Virus record (IMG/VR): IMGVR_UViG_3300031628_000005
Location: 1-49,998 of that record
Strand: one strand, 5' to 3'
DNA: 49,998 bases
Source: a virus
Lineage: Duplodnaviria > Caudoviricetes
Shown here in pieces: positions 1 to 7,068 of the stretch (position 1 is its first letter; each line of letters begins with the position of its first letter). The notes under the pieces are model-generated. The model saw only the letters and a list, made by a program, of their open reading frames with translations. It was not told where the DNA came from and searched no databases. The translations under genes and the position numbers were made by a program.

Positions 1-193
1 AACTTCTTAGTAATCCTAAAGTTTCTAATCCATCACCTACTCTAATAGCAGAATTTGCTGCTACTCTAGTTAATGCTATTCCATTTATATCTATACCGGT
101 ATCGGTTGTTGTAATAAAATTAGTTGCAGTTGCACTACTAGCTACAGTTAGGCTGCCTTTTACATCTTGATCCGCATAATATATTATAGCCAT
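1..193 (-). CDS. 5' part of a virion/tail-fibre-like protein (runs off the window)
   Basis: ATG at 193 after an A-rich leader. Reads MAIIYYADQDVKGSLTVASSATATNF... with no stop before base 1. N-terminus resembles that of the upstream fibre gene (MAINYYAN). Confidence 0.6.
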   Translation of the reverse strand, partial: MAIIYYADQDVKGSLTVASSATATNFITTTDTGIDINGIALTRVAANSAIRVGDGLETLGLLRS

Positions 194-235
194 GTCTGTT
201 TAGTTTATTAGTTGATTAAATTTAATTGAATTTTA

Positions 236-2233
236 TTATCTCATTCTGTTTATTAGAACTATAACTCCACCTGAAGGGAAAGTACCAGTACCAGAAAGTG
301 TAATTTGGTCTACTGTATTTCTTTCTACTCCCATATGGATTGTGTCTTTTGTAGTTTCATCATAAATTTGCACCATTACATCGAAACTAGCTAAACTATG
401 AGTTATTGCGCCATAAGCAGTTATTGTTCCAGATACAAAAGTATTTAATTGTGAAAAGTCTTCAAGAGATACTTTAACGTTTTCATCTGCCGAATCGTCA
501 TTAACAACCAAATAGGAGTCATCATAATTAAGTTGAGCTTCGGTTCTTTGAGTTAGACCTGCAATATCTAATCCCACGACAACAGCTCCAGTTGTAGGTG
601 TTACTGACATACCATCTAAATTAGCTGCGGTAGATGCTGAAACGCTTGTTACTGCGCTTGTGTTAGTATCAACCCAAGGTACGTTAACTACTAATTTATC
701 ACCTGAATCAACTTGAATCTTATATGTTCTAGCAGCAGTGGTACTTGAATTAGTAGCAGCAACTGATTGCACACCGTCGACGTTAGCGTCTAAGTTATTA
801 CCATTAAGACTTAAACCTACACCAGCGCCTCTTTGTGTGTTTGTGTTTGTTGGAGTAACAAAAGTTCCATCACCTCTTAAGAAAGTAGTAGAAGTTCCTC
901 CAGCGGGAACTACGCCAAGTGTAGAGCCTCCACCGTATATATCAGAAGTAACAAATCCATTTGATGTTACACTAAATGTAGCAGAGTCAAATCCAGCCAC
1001 ACCTTTCTGCGTAGCAGCATCATTTGCTCCTTCGCCAGCAACATTTTGATCTTGTATAACTACTGTATATACTGATTCAGCGGGTGTAGAAGATGCTGCA
1101 ATATTTTGATTAGCATATATTGTATCTCCAATTTCAAGTGTTGTTGTGTAGAAAGCAGTACCCCCTGTAGTTACTACAAAGAAATCCCCAAGATCTAAAG
1201 CAATGTTTGATGCTCCGTCTAAAGAACCATTACCAGCTCCTAAATCTGTTGTTAAACCAGTGGTTGCGTTATACCCTCCTTTAAATAAACCAATACCAGC
1301 TACTAATTCTTGAACTTGCCCTAAATTTACAGAATCATTTGTTGCAGTACCATTGGCTAAATTAGTTATTTTTTTACTATTGAAAGGCACGTTACTTGTA
1401 GGAATACCTAGTACGCTTAAAGGTATATCTACAAACTGAATACTTTTAACTTCGTCTCCGTCGCTGTCATCTTGAAAAAGTATTGCATCATCAGATTCTA
1501 CACCAGTTCCATCGGTGGCATCTTTAATAATACCAGTTCCAGTATAATCTACACTTATTATTGGATCGACCGCTGTTCCAGTTTTTACTAAACCAGCTCC
1601 TGCACTAACACTTTTTACTGTTCCTTGAAATTGATCAGTAGAATTTACTGTTACAGCACCTGTTGCACCACTGACTGTTACATTAGTACCGGCTACAATA
1701 CTTGTTACGCCTGAATTCGTTATTAATAATTTATTCGGAGTTCCTGATGAAACTGCTGTGGTAATTCCAGTGCCACCTTCAAAATCAGCTCTAAGTCCAT
1801 CTGTTATATTTATAGCTGTTCCGCTATCGGCTTCTAAGCTCCAAGATGTATATGATCCTGAGGGTGTTGCCCACACATTGTCACCTCTTAAAAAGTTTGT
1901 GCCGGAAGGGGTTCCAGTTGCAGAAAGATCTGCTGTAACAACAACCGCTCCCGTTGAAGCAGCTTTTGGTGCTAAATCTATAAATGTACCGTCTGTAGTA
2001 TCTACACTTGCTACACCAGACCCAGTTCCATCCATTTCAATCCAAGCAGTTCCGTTAAAGAAGTACATGGTTTTGTCACCTGCTGTTGTATCAAAATACA
2101 TTTGCCCTTCAACAGACGCTCCCACTGCGGGCTGCGTAGCTAAGTTGTCAATGACCGGTAACTTAAGCTCATTTTTGTTCATTTCAATATCGGAACCTAT
2201 CATTCCAATATTAGCGTAATAATTAATTGCCAT
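236..2233 (-). CDS. tail fibre / fibre-like virion protein
   Basis: 665 aa, G/T/S/V/A-rich. Two FLRGD fibre motifs, GVTSI/VTSV repeats and a YadA-stalk-like KITNLANGTATNDSVNLGQV segment. Confidence 0.75.
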   Translation of the reverse strand: MAINYYANIGMIGSDIEMNKNELKLPVIDNLATQPAVGASVEGQMYFDTTAGDKTMYFFNGTAWIEMDGTGSGVASVDTTDGTFIDLAPKAASTGAVVVTADLSATGTPSGTNFLRGDNVWATPSGSYTSWSLEADSGTAINITDGLRADFEGGTGITTAVSSGTPNKLLITNSGVTSIVAGTNVTVSGATGAVTVNSTDQFQGTVKSVSAGAGLVKTGTAVDPIISVDYTGTGIIKDATDGTGVESDDAILFQDDSDGDEVKSIQFVDIPLSVLGIPTSNVPFNSKKITNLANGTATNDSVNLGQVQELVAGIGLFKGGYNATTGLTTDLGAGNGSLDGASNIALDLGDFFVVTTGGTAFYTTTLEIGDTIYANQNIAASSTPAESVYTVVIQDQNVAGEGANDAATQKGVAGFDSATFSVTSNGFVTSDIYGGGSTLGVVPAGGTSTTFLRGDGTFVTPTNTNTQRGAGVGLSLNGNNLDANVDGVQSVAATNSSTTAARTYKIQVDSGDKLVVNVPWVDTNTSAVTSVSASTAANLDGMSVTPTTGAVVVGLDIAGLTQRTEAQLNYDDSYLVVNDDSADENVKVSLEDFSQLNTFVSGTITAYGAITHSLASFDVMVQIYDETTKDTIHMGVERNTVDQITLSGTGTFPSGGVIVLINRMR

Positions 2234-2247
2234 AGTTTTTTGTTAGT

Positions 2248-2949
2248 TTAGTTTAAGATTGATGACCCTGCTATGTTGCTGTTAAAGTCTACTGTTATTG
2301 TTGTTGCGTTTGTGTATTCAACTGCGCCATATATTTCATCCCCTGCATTGTCTATCAATGTTACAGATGGTTCTGCCTTGCTTGTTGTATTGTTAATCAC
2401 CCATTGATTGGATGCATTAAAATTTTGTTTTAAATTAACATCTCCCGATGCTATGTTGAAATCTATTACTGTATATATCGTACCTTCCTCCGCAATAATG
2501 CCATTGCCTCCAATAAAAGTTATGCCTGCTATGTAATAACTAGATGATTGGGGATCGACTACATACGTATCTAGTTTGTAATGCCCAAATTGACTTATTT
2601 GATTACCTTGCCCTATTAGTATATCAGTGCCTATCAAGTACTCAAGGAATTCAACAACACGTTGTCCATTGGTTTCGTTTCTTGAAATTCTTATTGAAGT
2701 TAAAGTATTAAAGTTAGATCCAGATCCACCGCCGCCGGTTTTAGATATTGTACCTAAACCGCCGTTTTGCGTGTCAGACCATTTAAATGACATCTGCCCT
2801 CCAATATTAACTTTACCATTTATATTAAGATAGTTCGCGACAGCTGAAGCAGTAAATTGCTTTGTCTGTCGGTTGCCTGCATTGGTTCCAATCCAAGCGT
2901 CATTGTCTGTTACATTAGTATCAAACGGATACGAACTTATTCTAGCCAT
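2248..2949 (-). CDS. virion structural protein (fibre-associated)
   Basis: 233 aa, beta-rich composition, located in the fibre cluster. Confidence 0.55.
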   Translation of the reverse strand: MARISSYPFDTNVTDNDAWIGTNAGNRQTKQFTASAVANYLNINGKVNIGGQMSFKWSDTQNGGLGTISKTGGGGSGSNFNTLTSIRISRNETNGQRVVEFLEYLIGTDILIGQGNQISQFGHYKLDTYVVDPQSSSYYIAGITFIGGNGIIAEEGTIYTVIDFNIASGDVNLKQNFNASNQWVINNTTSKAEPSVTLIDNAGDEIYGAVEYTNATTITVDFNSNIAGSSILN

Positions 2950-2955
2950 GCGTTA

Positions 2956-3486
2956 TTATATTACTTGATATCTTACTGTAATAGCAACCGTACCGCCGCC
3001 TACATTAGTTGCTGTATTTAAAGTATTAAAATATAAAGGTGCGCTTAATGTTGGTTTTGTAGCTTCTAGTCCAAATATCGATACTTCATTTCCATCTATA
3101 TCTTCAAAATCCTGAGGCAATCTAGCTTGTATGTCTTTTAAAGTAAGAGCTGCTATTGTAGTTCTACTACTTAAAACTAAATCAGAGGTAAATGTAAAGA
3201 CAGGAGTAGAAAATATAAAACTAGCACGCGCGGATACAACTTGTATGTACTTACCTGTTACCGCGGGCACTACTATAATGCCAGTAGCCGGCAAAGCTAT
3301 CCATTCTGCGTTTGTCAATGTTTTTGTTACTTCTAAGAAGCCTCTTGAGACAAGGGCGGCCACATCTTCAATACCAAAGTTTCTGGTTGTAGGCTTTTCA
3401 TTAGTACCTATCGCCGGTACAGATGTGCCTAGCAGTAGATCTCCTGATTTTGGTGTACCCATTGGGTAACTGTTTGCTATAGCCAT
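2956..3486 (-). CDS. virion structural protein
   Basis: 176 aa. N-terminus MAIANSYP...GDLLLGT parallels the neighbour's MARISSYP...NDAWIGT. Confidence 0.55.
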   Translation of the reverse strand: MAIANSYPMGTPKSGDLLLGTSVPAIGTNEKPTTRNFGIEDVAALVSRGFLEVTKTLTNAEWIALPATGIIVVPAVTGKYIQVVSARASFIFSTPVFTFTSDLVLSSRTTIAALTLKDIQARLPQDFEDIDGNEVSIFGLEATKPTLSAPLYFNTLNTATNVGGGTVAITVRYQVI

Positions 3487-3563
3487 TATACGTATTTTTT
3501 AAACATTAGTTTGTATAATAAGCTGTTCCATGCGTGTTGTAGTCTGTCTATAAATTTTTTCAT
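3486..3563 (-). CDS. 25-aa peptide MKKFIDRLQHAWNSLLYKLMFKKYV
   Basis: Exactly fills the gap, overlapping the upstream gene by ATGA and the downstream gene by TAATG (translational coupling). Not in the ORF track. Confidence 0.55.
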   Translation of the reverse strand: MKKFIDRLQHAWNSLLYKLMFKKYV

Positions 3564-3799
3564 GCTGATTGTGTTACTCTGTTAGTATATCGATTGTATA
3601 TGCCCGTGCCACCGGCTCTATCTATAGCTCTTCCTTTTGCATCCATACCGTTTCTTGCTATGCCTAAGTCTGACATGCTACCGTCTGGATTAAAAAAGCC
3701 GTTCTTCTTAGCTAAAGCCATACCAAAACTAGCACTGCCTACCTGAGCCATCAATCTAGGGATCAATTCCCCGGTACCCATAAATGCTTGCGTTTCCAT
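3560..3799 (-). CDS. hypothetical protein, first gene of leftward arm
   Basis: 79-aa ORF starting just downstream of an AT-rich promoter-like stretch. Confidence 0.6.
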   Translation of the reverse strand: METQAFMGTGELIPRLMAQVGSASFGMALAKKNGFFNPDGSMSDLGIARNGMDAKGRAIDRAGGTGIYNRYTNRVTQSA

Positions 3800-3845
3800 A
3801 TGTATATATACTTACATATATAAGAGCATATTTACTTTACGAACC

Positions 3846-3901
3846 TATAGTGTGACAATAGCTTACTATTATTATACTTAAGTACCTAGCGTCGCACTGT
3901 A
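3846..3901. promoter_or_regulatory. spaced inverted repeat / putative operator, copy 1
   Basis: TATAGTGTGAC...GTCGCACTGTA arms. Core is GAC-AATAGCT-N20-ACCTAGC-GTC (3854-3893), with the same 40-bp geometry as 8501-8540. Confidence 0.55.
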
Positions 3902-4088
3902 ATTAAAAAAGTATTGCATATTACTGGCAGTTGGGTTGAATTTTACAAATTTTTGCTTTTTTTTACAGGAAAATCCAATTATTTTAGCCGTCCCCACCCA
4001 CATTTTAATACGTTTTTCCTTATATATCGGCGTTTTTTTTATCACCTTTACCCCAGATATTTACGCTTTTCCCGTACGTTTACGAGTT

Positions 4089-4120
4089 TACAAGCATAAT
4101 ACGATCATCATTGGATAATA
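4089..4120 (+). promoter_or_regulatory. early phage promoter copy 1
   Basis: TACAA-gcat-AATACG-atcatcatt-GGATAATA. Confidence 0.75.
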
Positions 4121-4149
4121 TATATGTAATCAAGCAGACAATAAACTAA

Positions 4150-4201
4150 GACTAATTGTCGTATGACATATCGTCACTGACATTGTGTCATGACATAAGA
4201 C
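4150..4201. repeat. tandem array of GAC-N5-GTC palindromes
   Basis: GACtaattGTC 4150-4160, GACatatcGTC 4165-4175, GACattgtGTC 4179-4189, plus half-sites at 4192 and 4199. Confidence 0.7.
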
Positions 4202-4255
4202 ATTAACTATAAATTAAACCAATAAACAATTATACACCTATAAACAAAAACTATT

Positions 4256-4354
4256 ATGAGAAAATTCAAACACACATTACTACTAAGATTTACACAACTA
4301 AGAACATTTATTAAGAATATTGAAATACAAGGTTTAGACGAAACTACTTGGTAA
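4256..4354 (+). CDS. 32-aa early hypothetical protein
   Basis: MRKFKHTLLLRFTQLRTFIKNIEIQGLDETTW, with A-rich leader AAACAAAAACTATTATG. Confidence 0.55.
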   Translation: MRKFKHTLLLRFTQLRTFIKNIEIQGLDETTW

Positions 4355-4386
4355 TACAAACTAAATACGAATACAAACGGATAATA
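4355..4386 (+). promoter_or_regulatory. early phage promoter copy 2
   Basis: TACAA-acta-AATACG-aatacaaac-GGATAATA, ending 21 nt before ATG 4408. Confidence 0.75.
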
Positions 4387-4407
4387 ATAATGTAACTAAA
4401 AATAACT

Positions 4408-4584
4408 ATGCAATATATACTAACTTGTCAGAACGGCAAACAAATCGACATGACTTCTTACATAAATCTTCAATCAGAAAGTAAACTAACTAGACAAGAT
4501 GTTGTTGACAGAATAGAATTCTACAAATCTACTAACTTAACAAAATCTTCTTCTTATAATCTTTTACAAAATATAATATTATAA
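4408..4584 (+). CDS. 58-aa early hypothetical protein
   Basis: MQYILTCQNGKQIDMTSYINLQ...NIIL, directly after promoter copy 2 with an AAAAATAACTATG leader. Confidence 0.6.
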   Translation: MQYILTCQNGKQIDMTSYINLQSESKLTRQDVVDRIEFYKSTNLTKSSSYNLLQNIIL

Positions 4585-4635
4585 CTAATAAATGGTGACT
4601 ATCCGAACCAGAGTAATACACAAACTGGATAGACA

Positions 4636-4676
4636 AGACATAATGGTTGATGTGAGTTCGATTCTCGCGATGTCTA
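4636..4676 (+). ncRNA. armless tRNA-like element (acceptor stem + T arm only)
   Basis: AGACAT/ATGTCT stem, T arm GTGAG-TTCGATT-CTCGC, ending ACTA like the tRNA-Met. Intergenic, with no D or anticodon arm. Confidence 0.45.
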
Positions 4677-4691
4677 CTAAAATATAATACT

Positions 4692-4895
4692 ATGACTGAA
4701 AAATTTAAAGATTACCCGGCTGATCAAATTAAAGCCAAACTAAAACGAGTTGATGAGTTCGAAGCAAAGTACGGGCCTAAAGCTACAAGTAAATCTTGGC
4801 GTAAATGGTGTACTGACTACAGCTACAGAAAACAAGAATGGCAATTTAGACAAAACTTTGCTAATACAATAATGCAAAATCAAACAACTTACTAA
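4692..4895 (+). CDS. early hypothetical protein
   Basis: 67-aa ORF with A-rich leader. Confidence 0.65.
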   Translation: MTEKFKDYPADQIKAKLKRVDEFEAKYGPKATSKSWRKWCTDYSYRKQEWQFRQNFANTIMQNQTTY

Positions 4896-5059
4896 TGGAA
4901 GTAATGATATTAAACGGTGAAAGATACCTCATCAATACACAAACTCACGACGGCGGCGACCATCAATGTGACTATTTAATAAAACAATTTCCAGATGACG
5001 TTGAAATTGACTGGGATGAAGTGAAGCATTCAGATTTTACAAACAAAATACGATTGTAA
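4895..5059 (+). CDS. 54-aa acidic early hypothetical protein
   Basis: MEVMILNGERYLINTQTHDGGDHQCDYL...KIRL, TAATG overlap with the previous gene. Confidence 0.6.
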   Translation: MEVMILNGERYLINTQTHDGGDHQCDYLIKQFPDDVEIDWDEVKHSDFTNKIRL

Positions 5060-5069
5060 CTGGATAATA
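5038..5069 (+). promoter_or_regulatory. early phage promoter copy 3
   Basis: TACAA-acaa-AATACG-attgtaact-GGATAATA. Confidence 0.75.
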
Positions 5070-5093
5070 TAAATGTAACTAAAAAATAATACT

Positions 5094-5294
5094 ATGAAAA
5101 ACTTTAAAAAAATTAACTCAACAACAATTATGCTTGACAGCAAAAAGTATAAAGGCTATACTGTTGGCGACTTACCTAAAAGATTTGCATTCATTTACAA
5201 TGAAGACAATGACCAAGACGGCATAACTGAATTCTTCAACTACCAAGGCTTAACTTATGTTGAACATAACCCTTCAATCTGGTCTTATGTCTAA
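5094..5294 (+). CDS. early hypothetical protein
   Basis: 66-aa ORF directly after promoter copy 3. Confidence 0.65.
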   Translation: MKNFKKINSTTIMLDSKKYKGYTVGDLPKRFAFIYNEDNDQDGITEFFNYQGLTYVEHNPSIWSYV

Positions 5295-5505
5295 TCCAAC
5301 TAATATGAAAGAATTGTGCGATTATGCAAAACAAGCACAAAAAAACCGTGGTCGCGAGCATAGGCGTGCCCACTCCCATGAGAAGTGTAGCGGACTGACA
5401 GATATTGAGTACAATGCGGTGGTTACACGTCAAAAAAGTACTTTTGCCAAAGGCAAATCATATGCTTACACTGCTCGATGGAGAGCCTTTACAGAAACCC
5501 TTTAA
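5287..5505 (+). CDS. basic early hypothetical protein
   Basis: ATG 5287 (MSNPTNMKEL...) overlaps the previous stop, so it is preferred over the track's start at 5257. Confidence 0.6.
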   Translation: MSNPTNMKELCDYAKQAQKNRGREHRRAHSHEKCSGLTDIEYNAVVTRQKSTFAKGKSYAYTARWRAFTETL

Positions 5506-5514
5506 ACTACAACT

Positions 5515-5694
5515 ATGAGTAAAATGAAACAACTAGACGAAATCGCAGAAGGAATTGCGGAAGTCACCAAAGAACTAATGTATGATTCAATTGACTGGCA
5601 ACTGTCAGATTTTGAACAAGACGGTGATGACTACAACGCTATTCATTCTGAAGTAATGAGATTAGCAATTGAAAAAATGTATTTACAAACGTAA
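5515..5694 (+). CDS. 59-aa acidic early hypothetical protein
   Basis: MSKMKQLDEIAEGIAEVTKELMYDSIDWQLSDFEQDGDDYN...; AAACTACAACTATG leader. Not in the ORF track. Confidence 0.65.
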   Translation: MSKMKQLDEIAEGIAEVTKELMYDSIDWQLSDFEQDGDDYNAIHSEVMRLAIEKMYLQT

Positions 5695-5715
5695 TACGAA
5701 GCTAATTGGATAATA
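5684..5715 (+). promoter_or_regulatory. early phage promoter copy 4
   Basis: TACAA-acgt-AATACG-aagctaatt-GGATAATA. Confidence 0.75.
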
Positions 5716-5744
5716 ATAATGTAACAAATAAAAACAAATAAACT

Positions 5745-5933
5745 ATGTATTGTAAATGCGGTGAAAATGTACATCCTGTACGACTTGAATTAGGCTATAA
5801 CACTTGTATGCCTTGTAGTACAACCCAAACCTATTCATATGTTCCTATAATCGAACATAAAACCGGAAATACAATACAAATTGTCAGCCAAGAAGTAAGT
5901 GCATCTGTGCATCGTGCTTGGCGACGTAAATAA
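5745..5933 (+). CDS. DksA/TraR-like C4 zinc-finger protein
   Basis: CKCGENVHPVRLELGYNTCMPC resembles the C..CG..I...RL......C..C DksA/TraR finger. No N-terminal coiled coil. Confidence 0.55.
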   Translation: MYCKCGENVHPVRLELGYNTCMPCSTTQTYSYVPIIEHKTGNTIQIVSQEVSASVHRAWRRK

Positions 5934-5935
5934 CC

Positions 5936-6013
5936 GGGGGTGACTTGGTATTGACGTGATAGAAAGCCTATATGGAACTATTGCGGAAGACAGTTCGAAT
6001 CTGTCCACCTCCA
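5936..6013 (+). ncRNA. minimal tmRNA: tRNA-like domain only, no tag ORF
   Basis: Acceptor GGGGGTG/CACCTCC-A with G3.U70. Stemless D-loop ACTTGGTATTGA. Helix CGTGATAG/CTATTGCG, GAA linker, T arm GACAG-TTCGAAT-CTGTC. Confidence 0.8.
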
Positions 6014-6022
6014 CTGAAAAAT

Positions 6023-6054
6023 TACAAACAGAATACGACAACTAACGGATAATA
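6023..6054 (+). promoter_or_regulatory. early phage promoter copy 5
   Basis: TACAA-acag-AATACG-acaactaac-GGATAATA. Confidence 0.75.
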
Positions 6055-6076
6055 TAAACGTAACTAATAAATAACT

Positions 6077-6286
6077 ATGACAAAAACACTTTACGAAAGA
6101 ATGAAACCAGAATTTAAAACAACTTTAGCTAAAAAATATGCTGACAGACCACATTCACACGAAGCTTTAATCAGAATGCTTAGCGATGAACACTATTATA
6201 CTGCAATTCCCTACGGCGATGCGTTTGATATCATGGCTTCTTGCGATATAGATTTTCTAGGCGAAGCATTTAAGCAATCAAAATGA
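6077..6286 (+). CDS. early hypothetical protein
   Basis: 69-aa ORF directly after promoter copy 5. Confidence 0.65.
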   Translation: MTKTLYERMKPEFKTTLAKKYADRPHSHEALIRMLSDEHYYTAIPYGDAFDIMASCDIDFLGEAFKQSK

Positions 6287-6510
6287 TTATGTGTGAATGG
6301 GCGCTTGCAGATATTAAGAATAGAGCAAGCAGTAAAGCTTTTGCTAAAGTTACAATACTAAAATTAGATATTGAAGACTATAAGCGAAGCTTAAAACAAG
6401 GAACTTACGGCGGAATTACTTACGAAGAAGCTGAACAAGTACTTGATGGCTACAAAACAGAGCTAAAAGTATGGAATTTTATAGCAGAATTAATAGAAAA
6501 ACAAAGATAA
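6283..6510 (+). CDS. early hypothetical protein (helical)
   Basis: 75 aa, ATGA overlap with the previous gene. Confidence 0.6.
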   Translation: MIMCEWALADIKNRASSKAFAKVTILKLDIEDYKRSLKQGTYGGITYEEAEQVLDGYKTELKVWNFIAELIEKQR

Positions 6511-6959
6511 TGAAAGAAAAACTAATAACAGACGAGCTTATTGAAGCTAAAATGATAAGCTATGGCTTTGGCGAAACAGATTCTCACGATGAAGAATATG
6601 TAAGAAAACTAATACTTGAGCATTACGACGCTGAGCTAACTGATCAGTGGCAAAAAAATTGCGATTACTATATTTACGAAGAATCTACAGCCGATGGCTA
6701 CAGCGTATTTGTAGCTTGCTACGACACTAGCTCTATAAGTGTAAACGAAGACATACATTATTACGACAGTGATCTTAGCGGCAAGCTTGAAAATGCAATT
6801 AGAGACGGCGGTGAAATATACGTTGACGACTATCATCAAGACTTTATTGATGACGCTATGCAAGAATTATATTTATATTTAGCCGAAAGATTTCACCAGC
6901 AAGCAATTGACGAGCTTGAAGATGAAGGCTACAAACAAAATACGGCGGTAGCTGGATAA
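6510..6959 (+). CDS. highly acidic early protein (candidate DNA mimic)
   Basis: Start 6510 via TAATG overlap, 149 aa. Hand count 37 D/E versus 10 K/R, and Tyr-rich. Confidence 0.6.
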   Translation: MKEKLITDELIEAKMISYGFGETDSHDEEYVRKLILEHYDAELTDQWQKNCDYYIYEESTADGYSVFVACYDTSSISVNEDIHYYDSDLSGKLENAIRDGGEIYVDDYHQDFIDDAMQELYLYLAERFHQQAIDELEDEGYKQNTAVAG

Positions 6960-6961
6960 TA
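6930..6961 (+). promoter_or_regulatory. early phage promoter copy 6 (upstream of tRNA)
   Basis: TACAA-acaa-AATACG-gcggtagct-GGATAATA, 11 nt before the tRNA. Confidence 0.7.
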
Positions 6962-6972
6962 TATATACAAAT

Positions 6973-7046
6973 AGCGCTGTAGAGCAGATGGTCAGCTCGC
7001 TAGGCTCATAATCTAGAGGTCGCAGGTTCGAATCCTGCCGGCGCAA
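6973..7046 (+). tRNA. tRNA-Met(CAT), initiator-like
   Basis: Cloverleaf: AGCGCTG/CGGCGCA (1:72 mismatch), D stem GAGC/GCTC, anticodon arm CTAGG-CTCATAA-TCTAG, T arm GCAGG-TTCGAAT-CCTGC. CCA is not encoded. Confidence 0.9.
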
Positions 7047-7068
7047 CTAACTTTAAATACAATAACTT

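Noticed and set aside
738-3469. Plus-strand ORFs antisense to fibre genes (and similar antisense ORFs in the giant gene, capsid and terL, e.g. 46843-47130)
   Set aside because: Mirror-frame shadows of strongly biased real genes, with no independent signals.
3914-4118. 60-61 aa ORFs in the divergence region
   Set aside because: Non-ATG starts and F-rich translation of T tracts. The region looks regulatory.
4636-4676. attP site (tRNA 3' fragment) of a temperate phage
   Set aside because: No integrase or repressor in the window, and the element carries its own complementary 5' acceptor strand. Not fully excluded.
5936-6013. Ordinary tRNA-Ala
   Set aside because: No D stem and no 5-bp/7-nt anticodon arm with an NGC anticodon. 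The layout matches the tmRNA TLD instead.
4089-6961. Repeated 32-bp motif as a CRISPR array or attC-like cassette sites
   Set aside because: Copies are 266-907 bp apart, non-palindromic, have variable internal spacers and sit upstream of genes. This is promoter-like, and no cas or integrase gene is present.
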